Source of the DNA: Phoronis australis
Lineage: Eukaryota; Animalia; Phoronida
Direction of reading: 5' to 3'
Length of the DNA stretch: 64,000 nucleotides
Assembly: GCA_002633005.1 (NCBI GenBank)
Contig: NMRA01000002.1
Location: forward strand, 2,592,802 to 2,656,801
Each line of letters begins with the position of its first letter. Positions within the stretch are counted from its first letter, which is position 1. Of the stretch, positions 1 to 13,274 are shown one piece after another. The position numbers and the translations under genes are program-made. The notes beneath the pieces are model-generated. The model did no database searches and was not told the DNA's origin. It was given only the letters and a program-made list of their open reading frames with translations.

Positions 1-769
1 GATTTGTAAACTCTTGGGGTCAACGTTTCAAGATATTCTGATGAATTTCCGAAACAGGAAAATTGTCATTATCAATGGATACTAAACCCTATATTAGTCC
101 ACTAATAAAACGTTAATACGCCTTAGTGAAATCTTTGAAACAAAACAATGCTCTGTAATCGTCATGAATCCTCCAAAGTTTGTAGCAATATAGCAAAAGT
201 TTAAAATCTTTTGCTATATCGGCAAACGTGATTAATGGTTTAGGAGAATTCCAGTACGGATGCGTGGAAAGACCACAATTTTCAACACAGTGGCATGTGT
301 CATTTCATGGATGCAAATGTGGGTTATTTATCGTGTAGCAGTAGGTGAAACAAACGATTGTGTGCTCAATCGTGACAAAAAGGTTTATTATCATTGTAAG
401 GCCAGAAAACATGCTCCGTTGCTTTTTTGAAAAGTAAACCTGTAGCGTTGTAGTTTTTAGTTGCTAACTTTTTCCAAAAAAAACAAAATCCTTCCCGAAC
501 GAGCAAATGCGATATGGGATTTGCTTTTTATTCAACTCCGAACAGCTCCGAGTGGGGTGCGGGCTGGCGGCAGTCGTTTCAGTGCTCTAAAAATCGCCTT
601 TTTATCTCCATGGGCGACAGCAAATATGGAAATGGCGTCACAATCCAACATAAAGGATGCAGGTGGTCTGTTGTTTTTGGTGCATATGACTTGGGCTGGC
701 CACGTACATGTAGTTGGTGCCAATGCATGAAACACTTAAACATTGTTATCCTTTAATGTGTTCTTTGTG

Positions 770-1100
770 AAAGAAGTCTTAAAGACTGCCTGTCTTCTTT
801 AAGAAAATGAAGAGACTTTCTTCGTTGTTACAATGCAATATACTTTGTAGACATGTAATGATGCCATTCTTAGCCTATGGAAAGCTGGGCAAGACTCTAG
901 CAGGTGTGTAGTGCTTTGAACTTCAATATCACCCTGGGTTACCCATATGCACCGTGATGTGCCTGTGTCGGGATAGATTACAATAGTTCTTTACGACTTG
1001 AATGGATTGTCTTGTGCTCAATCTAACGTTTTTGAAGCCTTTTGGTTTACTTATATCGGGAAAGTTCCCCTAGTTGCTTTCTACGGAAATTGATATGCGA
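770..1100 (-). mobile_element. Decayed 3' fragment of a non-LTR retrotransposon (LINE) ORF2, second copy of the family at 57943-58320
   Basis: Nucleotide similarity to 57960-58320 (e.g. cttagcctatggaaagctgggcaagactctagcaggtgt vs cttagcctataaaaagctgggcaagactctaccaggtgt). Minus strand gives interrupted CNLSRHRHIT...HLLESCPAFHRLR. Confidence 0.7.
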
Positions 1101-1187
1101 TTTGTGTGGAAAAGGGCTAACTAAACTCGACAGCTGCATTTTTGTTTATTAGTTCAACCGTTTCAAACAAAATTATTGTTGAATTCT

Positions 1188-1331
1188 TCACTGTGGCAAT
1201 TTGAACTTCACCGAGTTTCGTGCTTCTGGCAATGCTTGTAGCCTCGCATTCAGCATAATTTCTGACATTTCATCATTCATCATCTGGCCTGCCACTTCTC
1301 GTTCAATTATCGTGGAATTACGTCGAGTTGC
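1188..1331 (-). CDS. Terminal exon of cassette/gene 1 (ATRRNSTIIEREVAGQ...KLPQ*)
   Basis: Acceptor gtgctttacag|GCA is phase 0, matching the donor at 2237. 47 codons then TGA; AATAAA at 1150-1145. Start resembles terminal exons AAEQSGTRVGRMIIDQ (30655) and AAKGNKTKLGQLILDR (21771). Confidence 0.7.
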   Translation of the reverse strand, partial: ATRRNSTIIEREVAGQMMNDEMSEIMLNARLQALPEARNSVKFKLPQ

Positions 1332-1370
1332 CTGTAAAGCACATTGACAACGATTTGTTTAAAATTCCAT

Positions 1371-1643
1371 TTCACCCTGGTCAGCTGGCTAAAACGGGTA
1401 TAAAATTAGGCTATTTACTCTCACAAAGTCGACCACACAATCAGTCCTCTCCGAGATTGAGTTCCGTTTGCGTATTTTAATGGGAACGAGGAACACCACC
1501 GACTCCCAAAAACGCTTTCTAAATCGAAAATGGTAAATTGACAACGGTAATACAATCCTTTTATGGTAAGGAATCTCGGGAGACCTATTTTATGAGAGTG
1601 AAAAGCCTAATTTGAGGTCGTTTTATCTAGCTAAGCAGGGCAA
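1371..1643. mobile_element. MITE-like element with long imperfect terminal inverted repeats, intronic
   Basis: Left ccctggtcagctggctaaaacg...aaattaggctatttactctcacaaa pairs with the reverse complement of the right end (ccctgcttagctagataaaacg...aaattaggcttttcactctcataaa). Confidence 0.6.
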
Positions 1644-2236
1644 ATTGCAGGCTTCATTCCGAGTTGACTCCGAGCAGACCAATTAAAAATTTTACAACTT
1701 CATGGCTCCGACCGTGGTATTGAGATTTCGTATATGTACAGTATATTGTATACCCGACCGATTTCTGAACACAGGATATTTGTCCGTCTGCACGACGTGA
1801 TTCTGGGACAACTATCCCAGAAGCCTTCGTTCACACATGACTAGTTGAAGATTTCCGTGTTAAATGGAAGAAAATGTTAGAAATATTTTTTTATTCATGC
1901 AGGTAGAAAAGACATCAGCTGCCTCCAAAAATGTCTCTGTACAAAGGAAATGAACAGAAAACCACGTGCCTTTGGCGATTTAGCCAGCTGTGAGGCGCAG
2001 TTTTCCGAAAGGTTTCTGTTACATCGGAATAAACGGGACGTGGAGCATTGCCTCAGACAGTGAAGGTGTTCATATTCCCATATGTGAACAAGCATCTTGG
2101 TAGGACGGGTCTACACCAAAGCAGTAACTCTGCGCCTTTGGTCATGATAGATTTAGCTTTACATTACGATAAAACAAATTTTAGGCAAAGCTATGCGAGT
2201 AACCTCATGATGAGGTGACCATATGCATGTGCTTAC

Positions 2237-5200
2237 CTGATAGAGAACATTCTGAATGATATTGGTAATGACGTGTTCCAGCTTCTCATAGGCTTCCCCT
2301 ACATGCTGACAGCTGCTGCACACTTCTTGAATAAGCGACAACGTTACCATTGGCATAACACCATTAAACACTTCCTGCATAAGTTCTCCGGCCTGCTGAA
2401 TCAACATTAATACTGAAGAAGCGTTATCCTTGCAAGGGTATGCGGCGTGGCCTATCTGGCATCTTACCAGTGGAGGAACGAGTCTTCCACAAATGTCTTC
2501 TTCGAGACCCCGGCAAAAGTTGACGACAAACTGGTACCCATAACTGATGAGCTTGTGCATATTAGAGATGACGTCTACAGAGTCTACGTCGTGATGTACG
2601 TCGCGTTTTGACTTGTGCTGATGAGTTTCTGCGTCAGCATCTTCACTGACACAAATGCCTTCTTCATTTTCGTTATTGCAATGTCTTTCCATCTGAAAAA
2701 CATGTCTGAGGTGAGCGCAATCTTCCGTCACGTTGTCTATATCATCCGTAGCCTGTCGGTCAATGCTAAAATGGTAAGGGCAAAACTCTTGGGTGTCACT
2801 TTTACCGAGGAATTCATCAGACATGCTCATCATAATGGAACAAAGTGGAATGGTAAATTTGGTATCCTCTTCTTCTGCTCGACGTTTTTCTCTGTGGTGA
2901 TGGTGAGTGTGTCTTGAGCTAACTTGATTTTGCTGAACGTAACCTTCTTCGTGCGCTGCATGTACGCGTGAATGGGGAATTTGGTGCAGTCCTTCTTGCA
3001 ACTGCGTTATCTTTTGTTCCCTGTTTTCGTCCATTCTACTCAAATGGGATCCTTCTCCTTCCTCTATACATCCAAATTTCTTCATGTCGTTTTCTAAGTT
3101 GCTTCTAATAGTTCTCTTACTGAGATTTGAATCCTCATTTGTACCAAACTGAACACGAGAGTCATTTAACACGTTAGAAGGTATCTCCGTTCTATGCGGT
3201 ACGAGAAAGGGAGACCTATTTGAAATGCTACCACGCATTTCGGACATGTTAAAATTCCCGCCACTGTCCTGGTCATTTTCCTTAAAAACATCAAATATAG
3301 AAACGAATTGAGATTTGCCTGGACTGATGTCGTTCCCAATTCCTTCTGTTTTAGTCTTCATAGAAGATGATACCATTAAATTGGGGTTCGCATGGGGCTG
3401 TGTTTCTTTTGCACGGGGCATACTTGATCCCAAATGAGAGCTTCGGTTGCTTGCATACATATCCACAGATGTTTGACCTGTTTTGTTACTCTCATTTTCC
3501 CTATTCACAGTTGAAAATTTGTCCATTGATTTAGCTTTAACTGGCACGTTGAAGACTGTATACGGTAATCTATTTGATATACTTCCGCGGATTCCAGTAA
3601 TACCTTCGTATTTTAGCGGAAACTGTTTCTCTACAATGCCATTATCTTGTCTTATGGGTGCGCTAACAAACCCAGGCTGTAAACAAGAATCGTTCATTGG
3701 AGTTCGATTAGAAATACTGCCCCGAACCTCAAACATTTCAGAAGCTTTGTTGGGGAAGGTATCTCTTTTGTCCGCGTTTCCAATACGGTTCACACGGACA
3801 CCAATCCCAAAAGGCCTGTCGGCGCCTAACGAACTATTCCCTCGCACATGAGACATGTCGTCCGTGGTAGTAATCAAACCTGTTTTGTTAGATTTTGTGT
3901 AGTTCGCGTCACTCGTTGTGGAATGAGTGCGAGGATTTCTCAGGTTTGAAAACCCCATAAGGTCCTTGAATTTTGAAACTGCGTTTATCAGACTTCGGTT
4001 TCTTTCCATTCCCTCCATTTTGGTTTTAGTTTGAGTTCCTCGTACTGGGTGAGACTTATCGAAACGTATGACGTTCTCAACGGGAATAGTTTCTGTGAAA
4101 TTCATTTGTGGCGACATGCTGGCATCTGCTTGATTACAATAAATGTGGCTATTAGTTTGGATAGCGCTGGATGTAGTTTGCCGAAGGGTTGGATTCGCGT
4201 TTTGGTTAAATGGCATGAAATAGCTATGATTGTCACCAGTTTCACTACGCCAACTACTACAAGAGGACACTTTGTTTTCATATGAGTCACACGACAGAGC
4301 ATTTCCTCTAGTTGGTTCTGGAGAGGCGTTGTTGTTTTTGCCTCCCTTCTTCTTCTTGCCAGATGCTCCCTTTGCAGGAGGTGATTTCTTACCAGGTGAC
4401 TTTTTACCACCTTTGCCACTTCCTTTGCCACCCCCTTTGCCACTTCCTTTGCCTTTTCCTTTGCCATTCTTTTTCCCGCCTTTAGGAGACGCTTTGCCAC
4501 CTTTACTGGCTTTACCGCCTTCTCCACCTTTACCACTGGCCTTCTCTTTGTCGTCTTTAGCAGGCACGTCTGGATTGACGTTACCGTGTTCTGGAGTTTT
4601 TGGTCTAAATGAGGCTGAATACGAAGGATCTGGAGAGTAAAATCCGGGTGGTTTTGGTATGAACGGTTCAAGTTTTACACGGTCAGAGTATGTGCCTTGT
4701 ATTCCAACCCTGGACAGTGCTTGAGCGAGTACTCCAGATGAGTCAAGAGTGCTAGCAGCTTCATCCATAGCGTCTTGTTGCACAAACGGAAATCTGTTGC
4801 CAATACTGTGGCGGGGCTGGGACCGAGATTGTGGACTAGGGAGGTCATTGAATTTTTGTAAAACGCCCAGCGCTTTTTTGACACTTGATGACTGGAACGG
4901 TTGGTAGTCGTACTTATATATGGGCAATCTTTCGAACAGTTTGTCTTCCGGAGGACCAGACCGCTCTATGTCGAAGTGTTCGTGAACTTTCGGGTGACTA
5001 ATCAAGGCCGAGTGGTCTGGTTGTTGATCCGTGGGTACGTGTTTATGCTGAGGAACGGGTGTAAACTTGTCTTGAACATGAACATGCAGGTTGTCGTAAG
5101 GACCCGGTGGTCTTGTGATAGGGTGCTGCACATTCTGGTTTCCACCTTCGTTAAAATACTGCTGCTGAGATATGATTGGCCGCGGTATACTAAACGGACT

Positions 5201-5503
5201 CATATTTGGTGTTTCCGAACCTAGCCGACGCAAAGCCGACATCGGCTGTTGCTCCTGTCGTTGCTGTTGCTGCTGCTGCAGCTGTTGGTGTTGCTGTTGC
5301 TGCTGCTGCAGCTGTTGGTGTTGCTGGTTCAGCTGTTGATGTTGCTGCCACTGCTGCGTGTTCATTGTTACTGGAAATCCATATTCAGGAAGTTTTCGAC
5401 CAGTGTGCAGAGACTCCGGAAACGAGATCGTTTTCAGCTCCGAGTGCGGTGAATTTGCGGGAACCTGCATATCCGCCGGAGGCGTCACATTCAAAAAGAA
5501 TCT
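2237..5503 (-). CDS. Large exon (1089 codons) of cassette/gene 1: polyQ, SIGNR/SISNR motifs, Gly/Lys tract ending KNNNASP, Cys-containing C-terminal domain
   Basis: ORF 2159..5515; acceptor gtgttttttcag|AGA at 5503 (phase 0); donor CAG|GTAAGC at 2237 (phase 0); homology to the other cassettes. Confidence 0.85.
5246..5357 (-). repeat. Coding CAG/CAA repeat (polyglutamine with H/L interruptions)
   Basis: Plus strand tgctgctgc/tgttgctg runs; translation QQWQQHQQLNQQHQQLQQQQQQHQQLQQQQQQRQEQQ. Confidence 0.9.
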
Positions 5504-6274
5504 CTGAAAAAACACGTCTATTGTGTATTAATTCAATAAATACCAGAACAAGTGCCTCAAGAGCTACGGGAAGATAAAATTTTGTAGGAAAAAAACAATA
5601 AAGCTCGTCTGAAAATTTCCAATCCCTAAGCTTATATGATGCCTAAAAGAATAAACAGTTAAGGAAGAAAAAGGGTGTGGCTAAGGTATACACAGTGACA
5701 GGACAAGACTGGCAGGAGATTGTGCAAATTTCTTCTTCATCAAACTTTCAATTTTACTGTGTTCTGTTGAAATTTAGATTATGTTTCGTAGGTTAACTTT
5801 TCAGAATTTAGAAATGCACTACAGTTAGATAAATTACGTGATGGTGAAATCATAAACGAAGGAAATTTTTCAAGTAACGCTCAACTTGGCTAAATGTCAA
5901 CAACATGAATCCTCAGTTTATCTTACAATTCTGAAGTGATATTTCCATCTATACCAGTACCTTTTCAAGTGAGCAAGATTGCACCTACTTGTGGGTCTAC
6001 AACTTTGTTGATAAATACCCATTTTAGAAATTTTAGACCACCAGTATTCTTAGAGCTTTATTTCTCACATTCCGCGAACGTCTCAGAAAATGCCACTCAC
6101 TGTGTGCGCTCTGATGGCCGGATATTATTTTGAGCTAAATTGACGTCCGCATTACTATTTTCTTTACTGAATTGGGTTGATCCTTTTAACATTGAATTTT
6201 AATGTAAATAAATTCAAATAACAACGTTACTCCGCTGTTAGAATTTAGATATTCATCAACTATACTGTACCTAC

Positions 6275-7168
6275 TTGCGTTGGAGAGGTGCGGTTGAACT
6301 GATTCCAGTGCGAACGCACCAAATGGGGATCTGGTCCAAACCTCTCTGTGAACGACGTTTCCATGTCAGCTCCGGAAATGAAGAATTGTGGACGAGACTT
6401 TTGGAACACTTGACTAATGCAAAATTTTGAGATGCTGTCGTCTATTTGTGGAAATCGGTTCGTTAGACTGTTTTTTCGCTTAGAGTAGTCAACGTCTTCT
6501 CGCTGGTTGAACGTCTTCATTTCATAAAGAACCCTCTTGACACCGGGAAGCATTGCTGGCTCGGATGCCTGCTTGTCAAGCGGTTCATGAGCAAGTGTCG
6601 CTGGAGTTTCAACAGGGCTCCCCCACGTGCGTTTTTCCTCAGATAGTGCTTGTGGCAGGCGTCTTTCGAAATTCGACAGTTTCATTTCTTCAAAGCCATC
6701 GTATGGGTCTTGGTGAACATATTTTTTCTTCCATTCGCAGACAGGCTGCGATTTAACCACATTTGGTGTTTCCACAATCCCTTGCTTAGTTTGCGCGTCT
6801 CTTTTTGGCTCCACGTATGACCAAGCCTTCTGTGTATTATGCTGCAAAAAGTCCGCGTCATAAATAAGATTTTCTTTCGTGTGACGCCCGCGTTCTGGCT
6901 GTGGTGGTGACCATGGCACTTGTATTGTTCCATTGCCGTCTTTCCATGCAACACGATTAAATCCAGGCGGTTTCTTTTCCCGCGCGGGTGGCGATGGGGG
7001 AGCATTTTCAAACGGTCTACTCAGACTCTGCGGGTTGTGAAGTCTATGTAAACTGTTCTCGATGGTAGTTATTTGTTCGTCTTGAAGATACTTTTTTATC
7101 CATTTTGGTCTATTTGAGGCTTCTGGTGACGTTCTGCCGGGAGATTCATGTTGCCCTCTCGGAATCAT
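6275..7168 (-). CDS. Upstream exon (298 codons) of cassette/gene 1
   Basis: ORF 6260..7213; acceptor gttgctcacag|ATG; donor CAA|GTAGGT is phase 0 and fits the acceptor at 5503. Carries a family-motif variant VKRVLYEM...NSLTNRFPQIDD...METSFTER. Confidence 0.75.
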
Positions 7169-10100
7169 CTGTGAGCAACAACCAACACTCTTCAGATTAT
7201 GAACATTGAACACAGAACATGTCGTACATGTACATGAGATGTTTCTTAAGCAAACGCCTGCTATTGTCCTTGAATTTTGTTAGAACTAGACGTTAGGGAA
7301 TTGCGAGTTGCTGATTTCTCTCCTTCCTTTCAACCCAAACATGGAAATCATGATATAATGAATTACGTAATTTATTTATTATAGTGAAAATGTTAAATAG
7401 GTTTATAAAATTTCGCCCAGTCCATCGGGCGTTTTAGTCACTGTTGCCAAGTAAACGAATGAATATCGTCTGCCTTTCAAAAATGCATTATGCGTGGAAC
7501 TTTAAGCTATTTGAAGAGAATAATCATTTTCAGTTAATGAATATCAGAAAAACATCAGAAACTTTTAGCGTCATTATAAAGTGTTCTTTGGAAATCATTA
7601 CTAGCATACAAGGTGAACTTCATCAGCAGTACTGAGATTACACAAAACCCGTAATCTATTTTCTGGCTCAACGTTAGCGTTTCTACCAACTCCTAACTCC
7701 AATGTAAAGTACAAATCCTGATCTGACAAAATTGAGATAAAAACGGTTTATTTGTAACAGATCTGTCTCAAAATGTTATTGCCAGATGTTTTGTTTTTGG
7801 AAAGCTTATTTCTTGCTGATGCTCTGTTTGGGAACAAAGATTTCCTATCACAATATTGAAGGTTCGCGGACATACTTCGTGTGGTCAGCTAACCTAGTTT
7901 ATTATTATCGCATTCAGCCAGCAACGTTTCTCGAACGTAATGTGACTATTTTCAGTGGTTTATCAAATCAACAGAAGGCGTACAACTTTATTCTACTTAT
8001 ATTTTAGGAGTTTGCGGAAACGTTTGACATACAACACTTTCCATTTTACTGGTAAGGCCGCTGATGTAGTTCTAACATTCAGTCGCTTGGAAACGCAGGG
8101 AGTTCGCTTTTGAGCTACGGAATTGAAAATTACGTGCGCAATATTGTCAGTCACAAGACACCTTGAAAGCTAATATGCTAAATGCAGCTGTAACCATTTA
8201 CCTTCTTGCTAAATCTACATCGTATATTTTCTCGCTAACAACCTTCACCGATAAAATCAGTACATACACGTATATTTAACAAAGCGGAGTGCTGTGTAAA
8301 CACACAAATTGTGTAGCGACTATTGGTAGTTTGTGGACTGTTTTAGTAGGTGCGAAGTTTTTATTCCTTCTTGTTTTGCTTATTTCCTTAAGTTATCGAA
8401 ATTTTTACGTCATTAATTGTTCGCAAAATTGTTGTTCTCCTCAAACTTGTGCTTTTATCTAGAGGCAAATTATAGGACCCTGAAATAATTTTTGGCTATT
8501 ACTATTTTTGTGCAAACTCAAGATAAGTGGCTATTAGTCTGCGCTTGAATACGTTCTGCTTTATGCATATGGCTTTCTAGTCAAAGTTTTCACTCAATGA
8601 ATTTTATATCCGTGCTACAAAATTGAGAAAGAACTCGATATTTCGAGTTCAGACTGGAACTTGTAGCATTAATGCTGGGGTCATCAAGTGAAAACTATGA
8701 TTAGAAAATTATCCACGTAAGTTATTATCTACTCTCTAACATATTGAGCTCGAACAAAGGAAATTTAAAAAATGCAAAAATAAATTGAAGTTCGATTTCG
8801 AATAAAAATATGAGACACCGTGGCCAGATTTTAAAGCCCGTGAAATCGTATTCATTGTCATTTTCAAAAGCAAAACGCTTAAAGCTATATTCCGCCCTTT
8901 TTAACTAGCGAAAAACTAGAATCGAATTAAGCCTTTTACAATTTCGAAAACTTCCTTATCACGACTGATAGTACTAGTTAATAATTTCCTGTTACCAAGA
9001 AGAACAAACCCTCAACATCACGGACCGAGGTTTTAGACAATTCCAAAATTCATAAATGCCGCGCAAGGAATTGCACTCATGTAACGCAACAATTACCATT
9101 TCATGTGATTACAGTTGTCGGGTTTGGCTCTTCATTCGAGGACCCGAAATGAGTTTGGAGTGACGGCTAAATCAGGTGAAATGCGTCTTCAGTCTGCAAG
9201 GATAGCTACATGTATATGATGCGGCACTAAGCATCAAGCAATCTAACCTGCCTCAATATAACCATCTTGCAACAGAGCAGCACGTACTACCTGCATATAA
9301 GCACTACTACCCGCGCCTTTATTGAAGCTACGATTAGGTTATTTCCAAGTTATGGTGCAGTCGCCGCCATGTAGAACCAAGGTGTGTGTTTTCAAATTAG
9401 TCTGGCAGCGTAGTGCAAGTGAACTAGACAAAAAAATACGATGAGAATGAAGAAGGTACACAAAGGTATTTAAACTGGATACATTTTTTCTTTAAAAGAC
9501 AAAAAAATCTTACCCTGCATTGTATAAGTAGTATAACTGACCTCGTCGTACGTAGCAGTGTGGTCGCTAATCTGCAGGCTAGGCGAAAGTAATTATGACC
9601 TCGGCAGGTCACCATTTAAAAGTTCCTTGCAGAATACAAAAACATGTATATAGATATTTTTCAGCTCTTGGAATTACCAAATCTTACACTTAAGTTATAT
9701 TTTTAATAAAACATTAACATTTGAGGAGACATTTGACAACGAAGTTGACCTCTCAAGTGTTTTTCGAGGCTAAAATGTGTCCGCTTGCCAATCGTGCACT
9801 TTCCGAGAATAGGACAGGTCCGATTGAACAAGCATTTTCTCGAGGATAACATTGTCTGCGTAAAAAGTCGGTTTTGTCAACAATTCACAATCAAAGATTC
9901 TATTTCCAGTTAGTAAAAATTAACGTGTTTATCACTTAGAAATAGTGTACAAGTGGGACGTGAATGAGAAAAACCCTGGTCATGTTCGAATTATAGACCG
10001 TAGCAAGCGAGGGATGGGGGGGTTTACATGCCCCCCATAGTTTGCAGTCGACATCGTGAAACTGTAATGAACGCATAGGTATAGAGCCCAGAACATGGGA

Positions 10101-10465
10101 CAGTAGAGAAAAGATGGACCAAGCAAAGCATGTAAAAGACGCAAAGTTTAAGAGAACTGTTGCCAACTGTCAGTTTCAGAATTACCTTTTGGGGGTCCAC
10201 GGCCATCAATTTGTTTAGATTCACAAAATGCATTTGAAAGCCTGTTTGTAATCACAGGCTTCGAAAAAGATCGCCAAATCTTGTTTCGCTTTAAATTCAA
10301 GAAGACACTGTGTTTCTCCTTGCCAGGCAATCACCCCCTTTGATAAAGGATATCAGATTCGTCTGAAGCTCGCTTTTTCCTTTACATCTTGAATATCGTA
10401 TGTGGCGATGTACGTTGGAAGCTTGACGACGAAGGACGCCGAATATAACATCAATTAATGCATAC

Positions 10466-10525
10466 CTCCTGTTTTGAAATTACATATCTTTTGTATTCAG
10501 TCCCAGGACGGCCTGGTGATGGCAT
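10466..10525 (-). CDS. Candidate short first coding exon (MPSPGRPGTEYKRYVISKQE) for cassette/gene 1
   Basis: ATG at 10525, 20 open codons, donor GAG|GTATGC in phase 0 compatible with the acceptor at 7168. No other support. Confidence 0.3.
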
Positions 10526-10683
10526 CCAAGTCTACCATTGTCTCTTTCTTCTTACAGCCTTAAGGACTTCAGCTTTAATTTGAAGCCATCTTAAATAGTT
10601 ACCTCAGATTATGTTAAGATGCTTTTTGTTCGTTTTTGTTGTACTCGATAATTTAACTAAAATGTTAATCGTTGGTTAATGTG

Positions 10684-10930
10684 CAGGGGTCCGTTCCAAC
10701 AAAGCTGACTTAGCTAAGACAGCTTTTAGTAAATGTTAACATAAAACTTAAATTTGTCTCAAGACCGTTCCAAGAAATAGATCTTAAATTTGAGTTAAGT
10801 TTATGATAAAAGTTTTGTCTTAATTTAGACTGTCTTACTGCATGAGACAGTTTCAAAATTTGAAAGTTAAGACAAATCTTAGACATAAGTCAAAATTGAA
10901 CTTAAGCCAGTTTCTTGGAACTGACCCCTG
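10684..10930. mobile_element. MITE with ~30 bp imperfect TIRs (possibly PIF/Harbinger-type)
   Basis: caggggtccgttccaacaaagctgacttag ... cttaagccagtttcttggaactgacccctg. Related copies at ~28491, ~48928, ~56340 and ~57310. Confidence 0.75.
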
Positions 10931-10934
10931 GTCC

Positions 10935-11480
10935 TTGGTTATAAACACCAGGACATTTCATATTTCTGCAATTGAATTTTTGTTCTCTTGCAATAACGTT
11001 TTATCCATAACATCAGTAAAAATTATTGTACTTCCGCTTTTATGCAAGTTCTATCCCATCGTGGTCCAAATACTTCTATTGTATCTATAAGCCAGGTATT
11101 AACTTGTCGATATGGTGTCCGTCTGTTACAAAAATGTTGGAATTTAAATTTCAAACAAATCCTTCTAAAATTAGTGGTTAATTAACCGGTGTCATGATTA
11201 ATATCCCAATAATTTTTGGTTTATAAAAACCATCAGTAAAAGTTGTTGTACTCTCTCTTTTATTCAAGTTCATTTTTGAGGGTCTTCTTATCGCTCGGGG
11301 TCCAAACAGTCCGTCTTATTTACAAACCCTATTAAAATCTCGACTTGAGCGATATGGTGTCCATGGTTACTAAACTATCGTTTGCAAGAAATGTTTTGAA
11401 TTTGAAAGTTTAAATAAATTGTGTTAATTAGTCGTTAATTAGTAGGTGTCTGAATAAAAACCCCAGACATTTTGATGTAT
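10935..11480. repeat. Degenerate tandem duplication (roughly 220-250 bp units), probably transposon-derived
   Basis: catcagtaaaa..t.ttgtact...tttat.caagtt and gatatggtgtcc each occur twice; ataaacaccaggacattt (~10941) recurs as ataaaaaccccagacattt (~11455). Confidence 0.55.
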
Positions 11481-11703
11481 GGTTGCATCACTTTAATTTG
11501 AGGGGCAATTCAAACGAAACAGACTTAAAACGAATATTGCACGCAAAATTTTGCTTAAATTTAGTTTTGCAATCATTACTGTAAAGAAAGTCCTCCGGCT
11601 CCTCTAACTGTATCTTTAATTTTACGCAGCCGTTTTTGTCAGAATAGAGACTGAAAATGTTATTAGTTGTATTGTTTTGTTTTGTTTTGTTGTTCTGTTT
11701 GAT

Positions 11704-12302
11704 TGGCATGACCCCTGAGTTAGGTACGGTGATGATGTAATTTGTTTACTGCAGAATAGTATGGAAATTTCTGGAAGACTCTTTGCATAACAGTGATTAA
11801 TGCAGTCTGGAATATTCTCGAGACTAGTACATGTTCGTAGAATGGTTGGGTAGATTCAGGAAAAGAACAAAGCATTAGGCTATAAATACACAAGCAAGAG
11901 TTTGTGTTAGTCAGTTAATCAGAGTTAATCAGAAGTTAAGCACCTCAGCAGTCGGAGTTAATTAGAAGAAAAGAAGTTAAGCAGTTAAAGAGTTGAAGTG
12001 AAGAGAATCAGCAGTTACAGCGATTGTCAATAGACAGCCAGCTATAGAGACAGAAGGTTATTGAATCAACGAGTGTAACAGTTGCTGGAAGTGTCTCAGA
12101 AGTTCATCATAAGTCAAGTCTTCGCAGCACTGGCTGGAGCATAGAACAGACATTACGTCGGACGTTTTGTTTGAGTATGCCTGTGAACATACGATTAATA
12201 AAGGATTAACTCGAACCAGTCTACAGCCTATAGTCGCACCGAAAGCTATTAGCACCGGTCTGTAACAACCTGCGCCCACCCACGCACGGGGAAAACGTGA
12301 CA
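11704..12302 (+). mobile_element. Possible solo LTR
   Basis: ~600 bp beginning tggcatg and ending cgtgaca (imperfect TG..CA inverted ends); TATAAATA at 11881, purine-rich tract, AATAAA near 12197. No convincing TSD. Confidence 0.4.
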
Positions 12303-12755
12303 GTTTTCAATACCGTTGCGAAAGAAACTCATAAAATTTTACTTCAATGACTAGACTGGAAGCTACGTGATTCTTCACTGTACATATCGGATTCCTTCGC
12401 ATTTTACATTATTGATAAACACTACTGTAAATTAACCAAGGTCCATCTTTTAATGACTTCTCAACGTGAAAACCTCAGCTAAAAGAATCGAACTACGTAA
12501 TCTTTTCTTCTGTCAAGCTATTTTCATGATACCGGATCTTAATGCTGACCGAAATATATTTAAAATGTTCACACAGTAAATATCCACCCTTTTGTTTCAC
12601 GTAACATCGAGGCACAGTAGAAAACAATTGTTAAGATCATAAGAGTATAAGAGCGAAAGACTGACCAGTTACAATAAAGTTTTACAAAATGACTGGCGTA
12701 AGTTCATATCGCGTATTTCCTACATTTGCATTTCATTCTTCTGAGAAGCATCAAT

Positions 12756-13274
12756 TTAGAAAGTCCGTTTATCAAACTCTTCCTCAGTTGTCGCTGTAGG
12801 CCTGGCGCTTTGATTCCTTTGCGGCGGTCTTCTACCGCGTTTACCAGACGGCCGTTTGCCCGCGCCTCTTCCAGAACCCTTCTTTCCAGCTCCTCTTCCA
12901 CTGCTTCGCCCCTTTCCTTTACCTTTACCCTTGCCACTCCCTCTCCCTTTACCTTTCCCTCGACCGCGACCTTTGCCGGATGTTGACGGCACGGGCGAAG
13001 CAGGTAGGCGCTTGCGAGGAATGTTGTAAGGGTTATTCAGCGTTGTCATGGCCCGGCGAACACTTGTTGAGCTTGCACGAAGCAAAGTGTGATCTGTAAC
13101 GGGCCTCCAGGAAGAAAATTCGGCTTCCCTATACATTTCATCGTTTGTTAATGCCTGGTGTTGTATTGGTGGTTGTTCGCCTGTTCTCCACGTGGAGTAG
13201 GGCGGCACAGGTTCTGCCGGCCATTTGCGACGATAGGGAACGAAAGAGGCTGGCTTGCACGCTGATTCGAATCT
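12756..13274 (-). CDS. Short terminal exon, mini-cassette 2 (RFESACKPAS...G/K/R tract...RNQSARP...*)
   Basis: ORF 12756..13208 extends to acceptor ctccctacag|AGA at 13274 (phase 0); clear homology to 14242-14994. Confidence 0.75.
   Translation of the reverse strand, partial: RFESACKPASFVPYRRKWPAEPVPPYSTWRTGEQPPIQHQALTNDEMYREAEFSSWRPVTDHTLLRASSTSVRRAMTTLNNPYNIPRKRLPASPVPSTSGKGRGRGKGKGRGSGKGKGKGKGRSSGRGAGKKGSGRGAGKRPSGKRGRRPPQRNQSARPTATTEEEFDKRTF

Noticed and set aside
12880-12985. Gly/Lys/Arg tracts as histone H4/H2A genes
   Set aside because: They resemble histone tails (SGKGRGRGKGKG), but no histone fold follows.
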